From positions 25,191-89,190 of the IMG/VR virus record IMGVR_UViG_3300019458_000027: a stretch of DNA of 64,000 nucleotides, one strand, 5' to 3'. Positions 9,803 through 18,255 of the stretch are shown here, piece after piece; within the stretch, counting starts at the first letter, position 1, and each line of letters starts with the position of its first letter. A program made the translations under genes and the position numbers. The notes below the pieces were generated by a model. That model had not been told where the DNA came from and searched no databases. It saw only the letters and a program-made list of their open reading frames with translations. This stretch comes from a virus.

Positions 9803-11679
9803 TACTTTTTCTCCCTGAAATTAAGATGATATTTTACATTACCAATCTGGGAATAATTGTCTTTCGCTTCGGGATCAACCTCAAGATTGTCTACACGACC
9901 CACTTGTTTGCTACCATCCTTGAATCTAAGTTCTGCGTTACCGTCATCCAGTCGGATTACAGCATCTTGATCTAAGACTCTGAAAGCTATGTTTTCCAAC
10001 CTGTCGGCATTTTCAGGACTAACACTTACAATAAAGCTAGTTTCTTCTTTCCCGCCCCAAACACCCTTTTGGCGAACTACATCATCAGAATATAATTTCA
10101 ATGATTGTTCCAGGTTGGCGGTTTTCCTAGCATTCTCTTCGGGAGTTAGATTTCCTCTCTCAGCCGACACTATAATCTTAGTTCCCGATCCCAAATGTTC
10201 TTTTACTCCACCAGATTCGGAGAACCGACCCGATTCATCCCTAGGATGAAGTTCCTCAATCCAACCTTTGGTCATTGACACCAATTTCTCGTACAATCCA
10301 CTAGTAGAAGGGAAGTAAACGGTAATAAGTTTTTCTTCAACCTTGGTTACTGGTTTAGTCTCATGGGTGTCAGGGTCGTAAATTCCAACTATCCATTCAG
10401 CTTTCACATGCGGGAGGGAGAAAGCCGAAGGTTCTCTCCCTGCTACGCTCAGAGCCAAATCCTCCTCAGCATTGGACTTGAAATAATCTTCGGGAATCTT
10501 GGCTACAACCGTAACTCCCTTTTCCCCTTCTGGAACGACCTCAGAATTGGTAGCATAAAAGGAAGCCCATACCTTGCTGGTAGTTACGAACACCTTATTG
10601 GCTCTATCTCCCGTATAAAAACTATCATCAAAATTTCTATACTTTCCTGAAACAATTCCCTCTTTTAAAATGGAGGCCGATCTTTCTAGGGTGGTGGAAT
10701 GATAAACTTCTACCTCACTGAATTTCCCCGTCTCGTCCCTTGGGTGCTGCGCTTCATCCCAAACTTTCATCATCTTTTCGGATTCATCATCTGGATGAGG
10801 GGCAGGTTCGAAAAGCTCACCACATCGGCAATTGGTAAGGCATTCGTTGGTTTGATACTCTGTAGCAAAGTGATCTAAAGTCATCCAAACGCCTTCGTTA
10901 CCTTCGCACCCATCACAAACCTTGTCGTCCTGGACCGTATGCCAATATCCACCCTCGTACTCGACTTCTCCCTCTTCGGTACTGGCGGCCTTGACCGATT
11001 CAGAAAACCCTAGGGAGAAAGCTCCCAATGCCGCCATAGCGTACATATCCAAACGGCTGAGCTTTTTGTCCATAACACCTTCAAGGGCTTCACTGTACGC
11101 TACTTCGTCGGGATATTCGCCGTCGATCACTCCGGCGAACTCAGCATAGAGATCGTTGTTAACAAAATTGTCGAATTTCTCTTGATGTTCCTCTATAAGA
11201 GATTCGATTTCTTCCTTATCTTCGGGGGAAAGCTCATCGTCGATCGGTTGCCCCGTCAATCCCTGTCCCCTCTCCTTACCAATTTGATAAAGACGGTCAA
11301 AAGAATTGGAGGCCGCTAAACTAAAAGCTAGAGCTAGCTCTGCTAAATGTTTCTGTACAATGCTTTTCTTCTCTGGTCGGTCGTCTGATTCAAATTCGGC
11401 CTTGGTAAACTTGCGAACTCCCTCTTCTGAGAGGATCGTTGCTTTAACTTTGTTCCATTCATCACGGAGCTTGTTATCAAGACCCTGCAAAGCACGATCA
11501 ATCTTTCTCTTTGCGTCTAGGGGAACGATTCGTCTCTTGAGGGCCTTTTGGATACCACCACTAAACTCGATGGCCTCTACCAACGGATATTGAGTAGTAG
11601 AGGTTATGTAGGTTACCGAGTCGTTAAACTCTTCCCTAAGTTTTTCAATCGGCGTTGGCTCATCAAGATAAATGCGCAT
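9802..11679 (-). CDS. MuF-like head morphogenesis protein with C-terminal ART-like and SAM-lyase-like domains
   Basis: WHTVQDDKVCDGC...NCRC MuF signature; two HPRD tags; YHSTT..SILKEGI/VFVTTS ART-like core; VSAERGNL...EET...DQDAV SAMase-like core. Confidence 0.8.
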   Translation of the reverse strand: MRIYLDEPTPIEKLREEFNDSVTYITSTTQYPLVEAIEFSGGIQKALKRRIVPLDAKRKIDRALQGLDNKLRDEWNKVKATILSEEGVRKFTKAEFESDDRPEKKSIVQKHLAELALAFSLAASNSFDRLYQIGKERGQGLTGQPIDDELSPEDKEEIESLIEEHQEKFDNFVNNDLYAEFAGVIDGEYPDEVAYSEALEGVMDKKLSRLDMYAMAALGAFSLGFSESVKAASTEEGEVEYEGGYWHTVQDDKVCDGCEGNEGVWMTLDHFATEYQTNECLTNCRCGELFEPAPHPDDESEKMMKVWDEAQHPRDETGKFSEVEVYHSTTLERSASILKEGIVSGKYRNFDDSFYTGDRANKVFVTTSKVWASFYATNSEVVPEGEKGVTVVAKIPEDYFKSNAEEDLALSVAGREPSAFSLPHVKAEWIVGIYDPDTHETKPVTKVEEKLITVYFPSTSGLYEKLVSMTKGWIEELHPRDESGRFSESGGVKEHLGSGTKIIVSAERGNLTPEENARKTANLEQSLKLYSDDVVRQKGVWGGKEETSFIVSVSPENADRLENIAFRVLDQDAVIRLDDGNAELRFKDGSKQVGRVDNLEVDPEAKDNYSQIGNVKYHLNFREKK

Positions 11680-12791
11680 TACTTTTTCTTTTCGGGTTTG
11701 TCTTCTATTCCTGATTGAACAATCATGTGCCGTCTAGCACCCTCATAATCACGCCCTTCAAACCCTGTCCTACGGGCTAGATCAACTACTTTCTTTTCGT
11801 AAACCTTCATGTGGCGATCCGTTTCCTGCTTTACCTTCTCATCGCCTTTTGGAAGACCAGCAATCGAGTCCGCTAAATAACGGCCATAATTAGACGCCAT
11901 AAACTCGGCTGCTTTGTCTTCGGCGGCTGTTCCCCTCCCTGCATAGCGTTCTCCTACAGCAGACTCTACAGCTTGGTCGTGTTGTTTATCTCGCTCAGTA
12001 GCCGTCCCATAATAACCCCACTTGGATGGTCCACCATCGGGTTCACGACTCTCGAATCGACCTCGACTAGGCTCTTCTTTTGAACCGCCTGATCCTTCAC
12101 CGAATTTTCCACTGGCATCCCGTGGGTGCTTACTTTCGTCCCACTCCTTACGAAGGTCGGCTAATTTCTTCATAGTGCTATCAATGAGACCCTTTTTCTC
12201 TTTCCGATCTTCTAGGTGTTGCTCGGCCATCATATAAAGAGCATCGGCCATATTCTCCCGCATTTCAGGATCATTTATGCTCATATCACGGATTTTGTCC
12301 ATAGCCAATTCAGCAACTTCTCTTAGAGACCACTCATCCCTTTCGGCTTCCTCCTGCTCTTCGTCGGATAAGTAAGGGAGAGCATTTTCTTTATCATCAT
12401 AGATTGAGTTCGCCAGGTTTTCCTGGGCTACTTCATATAATTCTTTGTCGCCAGGAATCTCGAATCCAGAAGCCACCGCTCTTTGAACGGCCTTTGCGGC
12501 GTCATCCTCAGGGGACCCAGGTTTCCCTTTAAAATAAGGTTGTTCTAGCCACTTTCTAGCTACCCTCATAGAGGTAGCCGCTCTCGCTCCCGTAGCTGCC
12601 CGTTCTTGACTTGGGGTTCTGCCTGACGGTTTCGCCCCACCCGTACCCTCACCAAATTTCCCACCCTCTCCACGGGGGTGCTTGGATTCGTCCCACTCGC
12701 CCTTATTAAGGTCTTGGTTGGGAATCTCGATTTCAGTTCTCTTTGCTACGGGACCAAAGGGATCTTTTAAAATTGCATATCTCTTTCCCAT
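11679..12791 (-). CDS. HPR-tag multi-module putative head cargo protein
   Basis: Start set at MGKRY (AAGGAGG RBS); two EWDESKHPR tags; WGYYGT...GRYLAD domain; lies between portal and MuF. Confidence 0.7.
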   Translation of the reverse strand: MGKRYAILKDPFGPVAKRTEIEIPNQDLNKGEWDESKHPRGEGGKFGEGTGGAKPSGRTPSQERAATGARAATSMRVARKWLEQPYFKGKPGSPEDDAAKAVQRAVASGFEIPGDKELYEVAQENLANSIYDDKENALPYLSDEEQEEAERDEWSLREVAELAMDKIRDMSINDPEMRENMADALYMMAEQHLEDRKEKKGLIDSTMKKLADLRKEWDESKHPRDASGKFGEGSGGSKEEPSRGRFESREPDGGPSKWGYYGTATERDKQHDQAVESAVGERYAGRGTAAEDKAAEFMASNYGRYLADSIAGLPKGDEKVKQETDRHMKVYEKKVVDLARRTGFEGRDYEGARRHMIVQSGIEDKPEKKK

Positions 12792-12801
12792 TATTCCTCC
12801 T

Positions 12802-14604
12802 TTACTTATCCTGAAATCCAATTAACAAGGTTGCTTGAACACCTTGATCTTGGAGGGACTTCACGGTGTTGTGTAGAAGTTGGTATTGTTTCAAGACAGG
12901 TTTCCTTCTGTTTACCACAATTTTTACCCTCTTCTCTTTCAAAACTTCCTCTTCCTCGGTTTCAGGAGGGACCTCTTCTTCCTCAACCACAGGTACTTCC
13001 TCTTCCCCAATAGGTTTACCATTAGGTCCCATTTTGGGTGGTTCTGGAGGAGCTTCTCCTACAGGTGCAGGAGGTTCAACAGGAAGCTTGCTCAAACCTT
13101 CAACAGGAATTAAACCACTAGCGGTTTCAATGACCGGAACGTCGCCGCCGTCAATCGGTTTCAGTCCCAATTTTTGCCTTCTATCGTTTCTAGAAATGAC
13201 ACCAGACTTAATATCCTGAATATCAATAGTTGATTCTCTCGATGGGTCTCCCAAGTCGATATCCAGCCACTCGAATTTCACATCTCGGTAAGAGAACTCA
13301 GACTTTACGATCTCTCTGTTGTAGTGTTCCTCTAATAGGGTTAAAAGAGATTGAACACCACGGGCCTTGGACAATTTCTCTTGGACCTGCGCTACCCCAC
13401 CCCCACCAAGACCCCTGGAGGAATCCATGAATCCTAAATCCTGCGGAGAAATACCGTATGCAGCGCATTTCACTCCCATTGTCCATTTCAGGTAATCGAT
13501 CAACTGCATCTCTTTGTTCGTTCTGGTTGACATTGGAATAAACTTTGGGTCCTCAGAACCAGAAATGAACATCATGCGGTGCTGGCCACCCCTACCCTGC
13601 ACTTCGTTCTCCCACATAGCACGGAAGGAATCCAACTGATCGGAGTCCACGCCCTTTCCAAGATCAAATACCCCAGGGGGAACGTTGGAGTGCTTAAAGT
13701 AGTCAATTTGGTATTCGTCGGCAAACAAGGAAGCCGTGATAATGTATGCCGCCACTTCCAATGGGGACATTCCGTAACCACTCTGTTGCGGATTCTCCAT
13801 AATGTAGATAAGTTCTTCGGAACTAAACTCGGCCCGATTTATTCCCATTTGCTCCCAAACAAAAGCGGGTTCAGGTGGGAGTGGGGCCGTCATGTCTTCG
13901 TTTCGATAAATCTTGACTTCATGCCCTGGAATGGTGTATAACTCAGCAAGTTTACCCGTAGCCGACCAGTTCTTTACGAGAACCCCCGAATCGTAAATTA
14001 AAAGATCATCTAGGATTTTCTCCTGCAAAGTCCTCCATGTCCTATCCGTACTGTTAGGGCATTCAAAGATTCTTTTGATATCGTGCCTGTGGGATTCAGC
14101 TTCTTGCTTAATTCTTCGTTTGAGGGATTGAATATACCACCTAATTATGGGCTTTTTATCGGCTTCTGGACCTTTCATAATTCTGACTAAGTTTTTACCC
14201 ATCTCGGTAACAAGAACCTGATCTAAAGCTTCGGAAATGAACTCTTCTTTCCCAGTGCTATACGGTTGCAAATTCGAGATGGCTAACTCTTCAAAACGGT
14301 CTAACTCCGCTTCCTGATTCTCGGTATCGGGAACAATATCCCACTTAATCTGACTGATATAAGACTTAATAGCTCTTCGAATTGCCCACGTGATAGGATC
14401 AGTATTTGCTAGTCTACCCAAAGTGGCGGTAGATAGCGTGAACATCTTTTGCTGTTTCTTGTTGATGGTGGTATTCACCAAACGGTACATACCCTTCCTG
14501 GGTTCAGGGTCAGGGAGATTCCCACGATCTCTTTTATAGATATCGTCCCGTTTGAAGTCCGTGGGGAGGGTTAAATCCTCCATCTTGAAGTCTTTAAATG
14601 GCAT
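12802..14604 (-). CDS. Portal protein
   Basis: 600 aa; DDLLIYDSG, YGMSPLEVAA, NVPPGVFDL, AYGISPQDLG, SRNDRRQKLGLKPIDGGD; Pro/Glu-rich tail. Confidence 0.85.
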   Translation of the reverse strand: MPFKDFKMEDLTLPTDFKRDDIYKRDRGNLPDPEPRKGMYRLVNTTINKKQQKMFTLSTATLGRLANTDPITWAIRRAIKSYISQIKWDIVPDTENQEAELDRFEELAISNLQPYSTGKEEFISEALDQVLVTEMGKNLVRIMKGPEADKKPIIRWYIQSLKRRIKQEAESHRHDIKRIFECPNSTDRTWRTLQEKILDDLLIYDSGVLVKNWSATGKLAELYTIPGHEVKIYRNEDMTAPLPPEPAFVWEQMGINRAEFSSEELIYIMENPQQSGYGMSPLEVAAYIITASLFADEYQIDYFKHSNVPPGVFDLGKGVDSDQLDSFRAMWENEVQGRGGQHRMMFISGSEDPKFIPMSTRTNKEMQLIDYLKWTMGVKCAAYGISPQDLGFMDSSRGLGGGGVAQVQEKLSKARGVQSLLTLLEEHYNREIVKSEFSYRDVKFEWLDIDLGDPSRESTIDIQDIKSGVISRNDRRQKLGLKPIDGGDVPVIETASGLIPVEGLSKLPVEPPAPVGEAPPEPPKMGPNGKPIGEEEVPVVEEEEVPPETEEEEVLKEKRVKIVVNRRKPVLKQYQLLHNTVKSLQDQGVQATLLIGFQDK

Positions 14605-14605
14605 A

Positions 14606-15019
14606 TTATTTTTCCTCTACTAAAGCTCTTGTAATCCCCACCACAACTTGGTGTTCTATTTTCCCCAACTGTTTGCAGAGAAACTCTTTACTATTTTTGT
14701 CCGAAACGTAAGAATTGATCGTGTCTGTTATAGATTCCATTAGAAGGTTAAGACGAGCATGAACTAATTCATGCACAACAGTATTCTCTGTCTCGTTTGG
14801 CTCTTCCTTCAAATACTTCTCATTAATGTAAATCTCGACTTCTTGTTTTTCTTCCGAGGTGATCACCTGGGCGTAGTCGTGGGTTGTGCCATCGTCGTGT
14901 TGCAAATCCTCCATATCCTCAGGTTTTACAATATGAACTATGTACTTATAATTGCCGATTCCCAGTCTGTTTGCCCACGTCTTTACTGATTCTGTCAACT
15001 TGGCTTCTCGCTTGGTCAT
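14606..15019 (-). CDS. Putative zincin-like metallopeptidase
   Basis: VVHELVH (HExxH) after short beta strands. Confidence 0.55.
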   Translation of the reverse strand: MTKREAKLTESVKTWANRLGIGNYKYIVHIVKPEDMEDLQHDDGTTHDYAQVITSEEKQEVEIYINEKYLKEEPNETENTVVHELVHARLNLLMESITDTINSYVSDKNSKEFLCKQLGKIEHQVVVGITRALVEEK

Positions 15020-15152
15020 CTCTGCGCCCTCTGTGATTGTCTGGTTTCTTAAGACACCATTGGCATACCATTAAAAAAATTTCCTTTCCGTGAGAACTGA
15101 CGGTCTTGGGAAAAAGAAGTGCTTTATTCATCTTGCACCGTGAGCACCTCAT
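14946..15152 (-). CDS. Small Zn-finger protein
   Basis: CSRC...CQWC; overlaps next gene by 74 nt. Confidence 0.45.
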   Translation of the reverse strand: MRCSRCKMNKALLFPKTVSSHGKEIFLMVCQWCLKKPDNHRGRRDDQARSQVDRISKDVGKQTGNRQL

Positions 15153-15355
15153 CCTAAGGTTACCTCTCCATCCACAAACTTCGGCGGTTTTATATTCTTG
15201 AACAAAGGCGGGGTTTCTTTAATTTTCTTAAATTTGCCCCCACACTTACAATCTACAATGGGTTCGGCAACTTTATATCTGCCTACAATTCCAAAGGCGG
15301 TCGTAACCTTCTTCTTACATTTAGTGCACTTAACCATATACACCATGTAAGACAT
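15149..15355 (-). CDS. Small Zn-ribbon protein
   Basis: CTKC...CKCGG. Confidence 0.6.
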   Translation of the reverse strand: MSYMVYMVKCTKCKKKVTTAFGIVGRYKVAEPIVDCKCGGKFKKIKETPPLFKNIKPPKFVDGEVTLG

Positions 15356-15489
15356 TATTTCTTCCTCTTATAGTAATTAGTCGCAACTCGCAAAAACTGA
15401 GCTAACAATATCATTAGAACCAACGCCATAACCTGCTTAGCAACGCTTACCATTTCCATCACAAGCATCAACAGCATCATAAGATCCAT
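15355..15489 (-). CDS. 44 aa hydrophobic Met-rich peptide
   Basis: MDLMMLLMLVMEMVSVAKQVMALVLMILLAQFLRVATNYYKRKK; fills gap exactly. Confidence 0.4.
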   Translation of the reverse strand: MDLMMLLMLVMEMVSVAKQVMALVLMILLAQFLRVATNYYKRKK

Positions 15490-15500
15490 TCTATCCCTCC

Positions 15501-16520
15501 TTAACGAAATGCGTCGGGTTCTGGAGTGGCCTGGTAATACGTGCCAACTCTGTAACTATCAGACACCATTCCCATACCAGCAGGAGGGGTCCTGTGCGGG
15601 TTCTTGGTGGGTTCTTGGTGCTTCTGACCAAAAGCAACGTCCCCCCGATGGGGTTCCTTGGTATCCTCTTTGACTTTTTTTGGTGTCGGGGGACCACCCT
15701 GAGTTTTGGGAGCTTTCGTCGCCTCTCGATTTCTCGGAAGGGCTTCTCCAAGAGTTTCCCTAGACGGTTCCCACACTAGAGAATCTGCTTTTTCGGTCTT
15801 CGGTTTATCTTTTGGTTCTCTTTGAGCGATCATACGTTGTACGGCGTCCGACTGACCCCCATGATATTTTCCATCGCCAAGAATGTAACCCCCGTCTACT
15901 ATATCGTCGGGGTCAAGATCGGCGTTATTGACCACATCTCCATGATGAAGGGCTTTGGGATCGGCGTAAATAGTTCCGTCTTTCATCTTTATAGCGTAAC
16001 TATGACGACCAATTCCACTCCACTTTGGGTCTTTGGGGTCAAAACGATATTGGGAAGCTCCACCACCTACCCCAGATTCCGTAAATTTCCCACTTTCGTC
16101 TCTTGGGTGTTGCTCCTCTTCGAAAGCTTTATTCATTCTTAATCTTCTATCTCTCCGAAGGATATACTTCAAATCCTCCAGAGGAATTATAGCTTCGCTT
16201 TGCTCTTCCCCTTCAATATCTATCGGAAGCACCATAAAGACCGCTCCCTCGTCATTCATTCGGGTGTAAACCAGTCTATTTTTGTAGCCCCGATCATACC
16301 CTCTTTTCCCTAAAAGTCCTTTATTCCTACCCACACTATCCCGCAAGTGATGAAGGGTGAAGATACCGGGACCCCCGATGGCCATATCCTCTTGGAGATC
16401 CTCTCTGACCAGTCCCAGACCGGATACCTCGGCCGTGAGGATACCTTTGCTGGTCGTAAGATTATCTCTTAGTTTTTCGACTTGTCTTTTTAGAGCTAAG
16501 TTTCTTGCCAGGGTGTCCAC
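15501..16520 (-). CDS. Putative head cargo protein with capsid-like N-arm and HPR tag
   Basis: Start reassigned to GTG 16520 (AAGGAG 7 nt upstream); KGILTAEVSGLGLVREDLQEDMAI; AFEEEQHPRDESGKF. Confidence 0.7.
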   Translation of the reverse strand: MDTLARNLALKRQVEKLRDNLTTSKGILTAEVSGLGLVREDLQEDMAIGGPGIFTLHHLRDSVGRNKGLLGKRGYDRGYKNRLVYTRMNDEGAVFMVLPIDIEGEEQSEAIIPLEDLKYILRRDRRLRMNKAFEEEQHPRDESGKFTESGVGGGASQYRFDPKDPKWSGIGRHSYAIKMKDGTIYADPKALHHGDVVNNADLDPDDIVDGGYILGDGKYHGGQSDAVQRMIAQREPKDKPKTEKADSLVWEPSRETLGEALPRNREATKAPKTQGGPPTPKKVKEDTKEPHRGDVAFGQKHQEPTKNPHRTPPAGMGMVSDSYRVGTYYQATPEPDAFR

Positions 16521-16614
16521 GCTTAATCTCCTTAAGGCAAACGCAGGAAAAAGTAATACTAGCATCGCTAGAGCCGGTAATGGTTGTCTGGGGTTTCATA
16601 ATATAGTGTTTCAT
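16462..16614 (-). CDS. 50 aa basic peptide
   Basis: TAATG-coupled to HAD gene; not in ORF track. Confidence 0.35.
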   Translation of the reverse strand: MKHYIMKPQTTITGSSDASITFSCVCLKEIKRGHPGKKLSSKKTSRKTKR

Positions 16615-16946
16615 TAAACCCTACCCCCATGCTTTTTGACCTGTTCCAAAGCTTCTTCTCTGGTGGTGTATTTAACCGAATTAGTTCCGAAATAAATATC
16701 CTTACGAGGCATGCCATAAAGGACATGATGGTATGGAATCTTGTGCTTACTAAGCCACTGCTCAGTCTCCATCATGAGACTGGGGTCTCTGCTGGTGTAA
16801 AGTTCGATCTGATAATTCTTTAAGTGGAGGAGCTTGAGGAACTCTACTACCTCTTCTTTTGGAACCCGATCTTTCACCTCATCAAAAGCTGTAGATTTGG
16901 AAATTGGATTACAAAGAACGCCATCAAGGTCGATTGCGATTATCAC
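16614..16946 (-). CDS. HAD-superfamily phosphatase-like protein
   Basis: IDLDGVL (motif I), YTSR (motif II); motif IV DD replaced by DIYFGTN. Confidence 0.65.
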   Translation of the reverse strand: MIIAIDLDGVLCNPISKSTAFDEVKDRVPKEEVVEFLKLLHLKNYQIELYTSRDPSLMMETEQWLSKHKIPYHHVLYGMPRKDIYFGTNSVKYTTREEALEQVKKHGGRV

Positions 16947-17203
16947 AGTCTATGCCCTCCACGACTTTTTACCCTTGGTTTTAGCTTGCCTTTTTCCCGA
17001 ATCTTCCATTTCTTCTTGATCACAGTAGGAATGGTATCATCCATACGAGGATCATAAGTTAACAACCCGATCTTCTTTTTGCTGATAATAAGTAGAACAT
17101 TCCCACATTTTGGGCAACCGTTCAATGTAGACGTAATCGCCTTAGTGCCTTCTCTGATCTGAAAAAGCTGACCACAATTCACACATTCTGCCCAAAGATA
17201 CAT
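16943..17203 (-). CDS. Zn-ribbon protein with KWKIREKGK motif
   Basis: CVNC...CPKC; C-terminal KKKWKIREKGKL. Confidence 0.65.
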   Translation of the reverse strand: MYLWAECVNCGQLFQIREGTKAITSTLNGCPKCGNVLLIISKKKIGLLTYDPRMDDTIPTVIKKKWKIREKGKLKPRVKSRGGHRL

Positions 17204-17337
17204 TAGACCTCAGTGGTTTCTCCGAGCTTGGTTACTCGAATCCGTGGGTCGCTTTTCACCGATTTCTTGGCGTTCCCGTTATCTTTCAGAGAACGAACTT
17301 TCTTTTTAAGACTTGCGTACTTACGAAATCTCACCAT
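17203..17337 (-). CDS. 44 aa basic peptide
   Basis: Fills gap, stop coupled to next ATG; not in ORF track. Confidence 0.35.
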   Translation of the reverse strand: MVRFRKYASLKKKVRSLKDNGNAKKSVKSDPRIRVTKLGETTEV

Positions 17338-17560
17338 TTTTACATACCTCACATTGTTCTGGTTTCACTAGATTGATCATAGCGGGTTGACCCGCAAATT
17401 TCTTAAACACCAAGGCCCGAACTTCCTTGTCCTCTTCGAAGTGCTGCTTACAAATGGGAAAGTATTTGAAATTTCCTACAGATTGTTTCATGATCGTACT
17501 ACCTTTAAAATTTGGATAATGGTCCATGTTAACCCTCCCGCACCCAGGGCAATTTTCCAT
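17321..17560 (-). CDS. Small Cys-containing protein (start possibly 17527)
   Basis: CPGC, CKQH, CEVC. Confidence 0.5.
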   Translation of the reverse strand: MENCPGCGRVNMDHYPNFKGSTIMKQSVGNFKYFPICKQHFEEDKEVRALVFKKFAGQPAMINLVKPEQCEVCKNGEIS

Positions 17561-17757
17561 AATAGTGCGGCAAACTCTTTCACAGCTTCGAAACCAATCT
17601 TTTGATTAAGCAGTGCATCCAATCCTTCTTCAATTTCCTCTAGGTCCTTCTTGTCCTGGAGCTTGTCCTCTGCATATTGCTTCTCAAAGTTTCTGACCTC
17701 GTTTTTGAGAACGGCCATTTCTTTCTCTACTTGGTTGCACTTTTCGCAATCGCTCAT
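17488..17757 (-). CDS. Coiled-coil plus C-terminal TM protein (XhlA/holin-like architecture)
   Basis: Charged helical N-terminus, hydrophobic ALLWKIALGAGGLTWTIIQIL end. Confidence 0.5.
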   Translation of the reverse strand: MSDCEKCNQVEKEMAVLKNEVRNFEKQYAEDKLQDKKDLEEIEEGLDALLNQKIGFEAVKEFAALLWKIALGAGGLTWTIIQILKVVRS

Positions 17758-17921
17758 TTAGCTTTCCTGTCTCCAAATCGGCTTTTAAATTCAACTATAA
17801 TTTCGTCTACAAATAAATTACAATCAAACAATCGGCAAACCCCGTACTGATTCAGTATATCGGTTACCCATTTTCTGACTTCGGAGAGGGAGAGTTCGTA
17901 TTTTTCGTCTTGATCGTCCAC
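17754..17921 (-). CDS. 55 aa hypothetical protein
   Basis: GTG start; ATGA overlap with next gene; not in ORF track. Confidence 0.4.
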   Translation of the reverse strand: MDDQDEKYELSLSEVRKWVTDILNQYGVCRLFDCNLFVDEIIVEFKSRFGDRKAK

Positions 17922-17939
17922 TTTTGTCTCATTGGAGGT

Positions 17940-18239
17940 TCAGACAAGCTTACCCTTTTCTCGAATTTTCCACTTGGTCTTGGAGGAGGTAGGAGGAGCG
18001 GGTACTTTGGTGCCATTGGGAGGTACTGTTCCCCATTTCCTAAGATATTCAATGAAGGCAAGTTCTTCGAGGTATCTCTGGAGTTCTTCTCTTGATGTGA
18101 TGAGGTACACGGTTTGCCCAGGGCCTTGGTTAGAAGAGGCTTGATTATCCGACTGAGTACGGTCAGAATTATAGCTAGTCCTTCGACGAAGCCCACCAGT
18201 GCCATTACTACTATAAAAATCGTAGCGAACAAATCGCAT
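17940..18239 (-). CDS. Hypothetical protein ending in KWKIREKGKLV
   Basis: GGAGG RBS; 99 aa. Confidence 0.6.
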   Translation of the reverse strand: MRFVRYDFYSSNGTGGLRRRTSYNSDRTQSDNQASSNQGPGQTVYLITSREELQRYLEELAFIEYLRKWGTVPPNGTKVPAPPTSSKTKWKIREKGKLV

Positions 18240-18255
18240 CCTCTCCTCCCAAACA

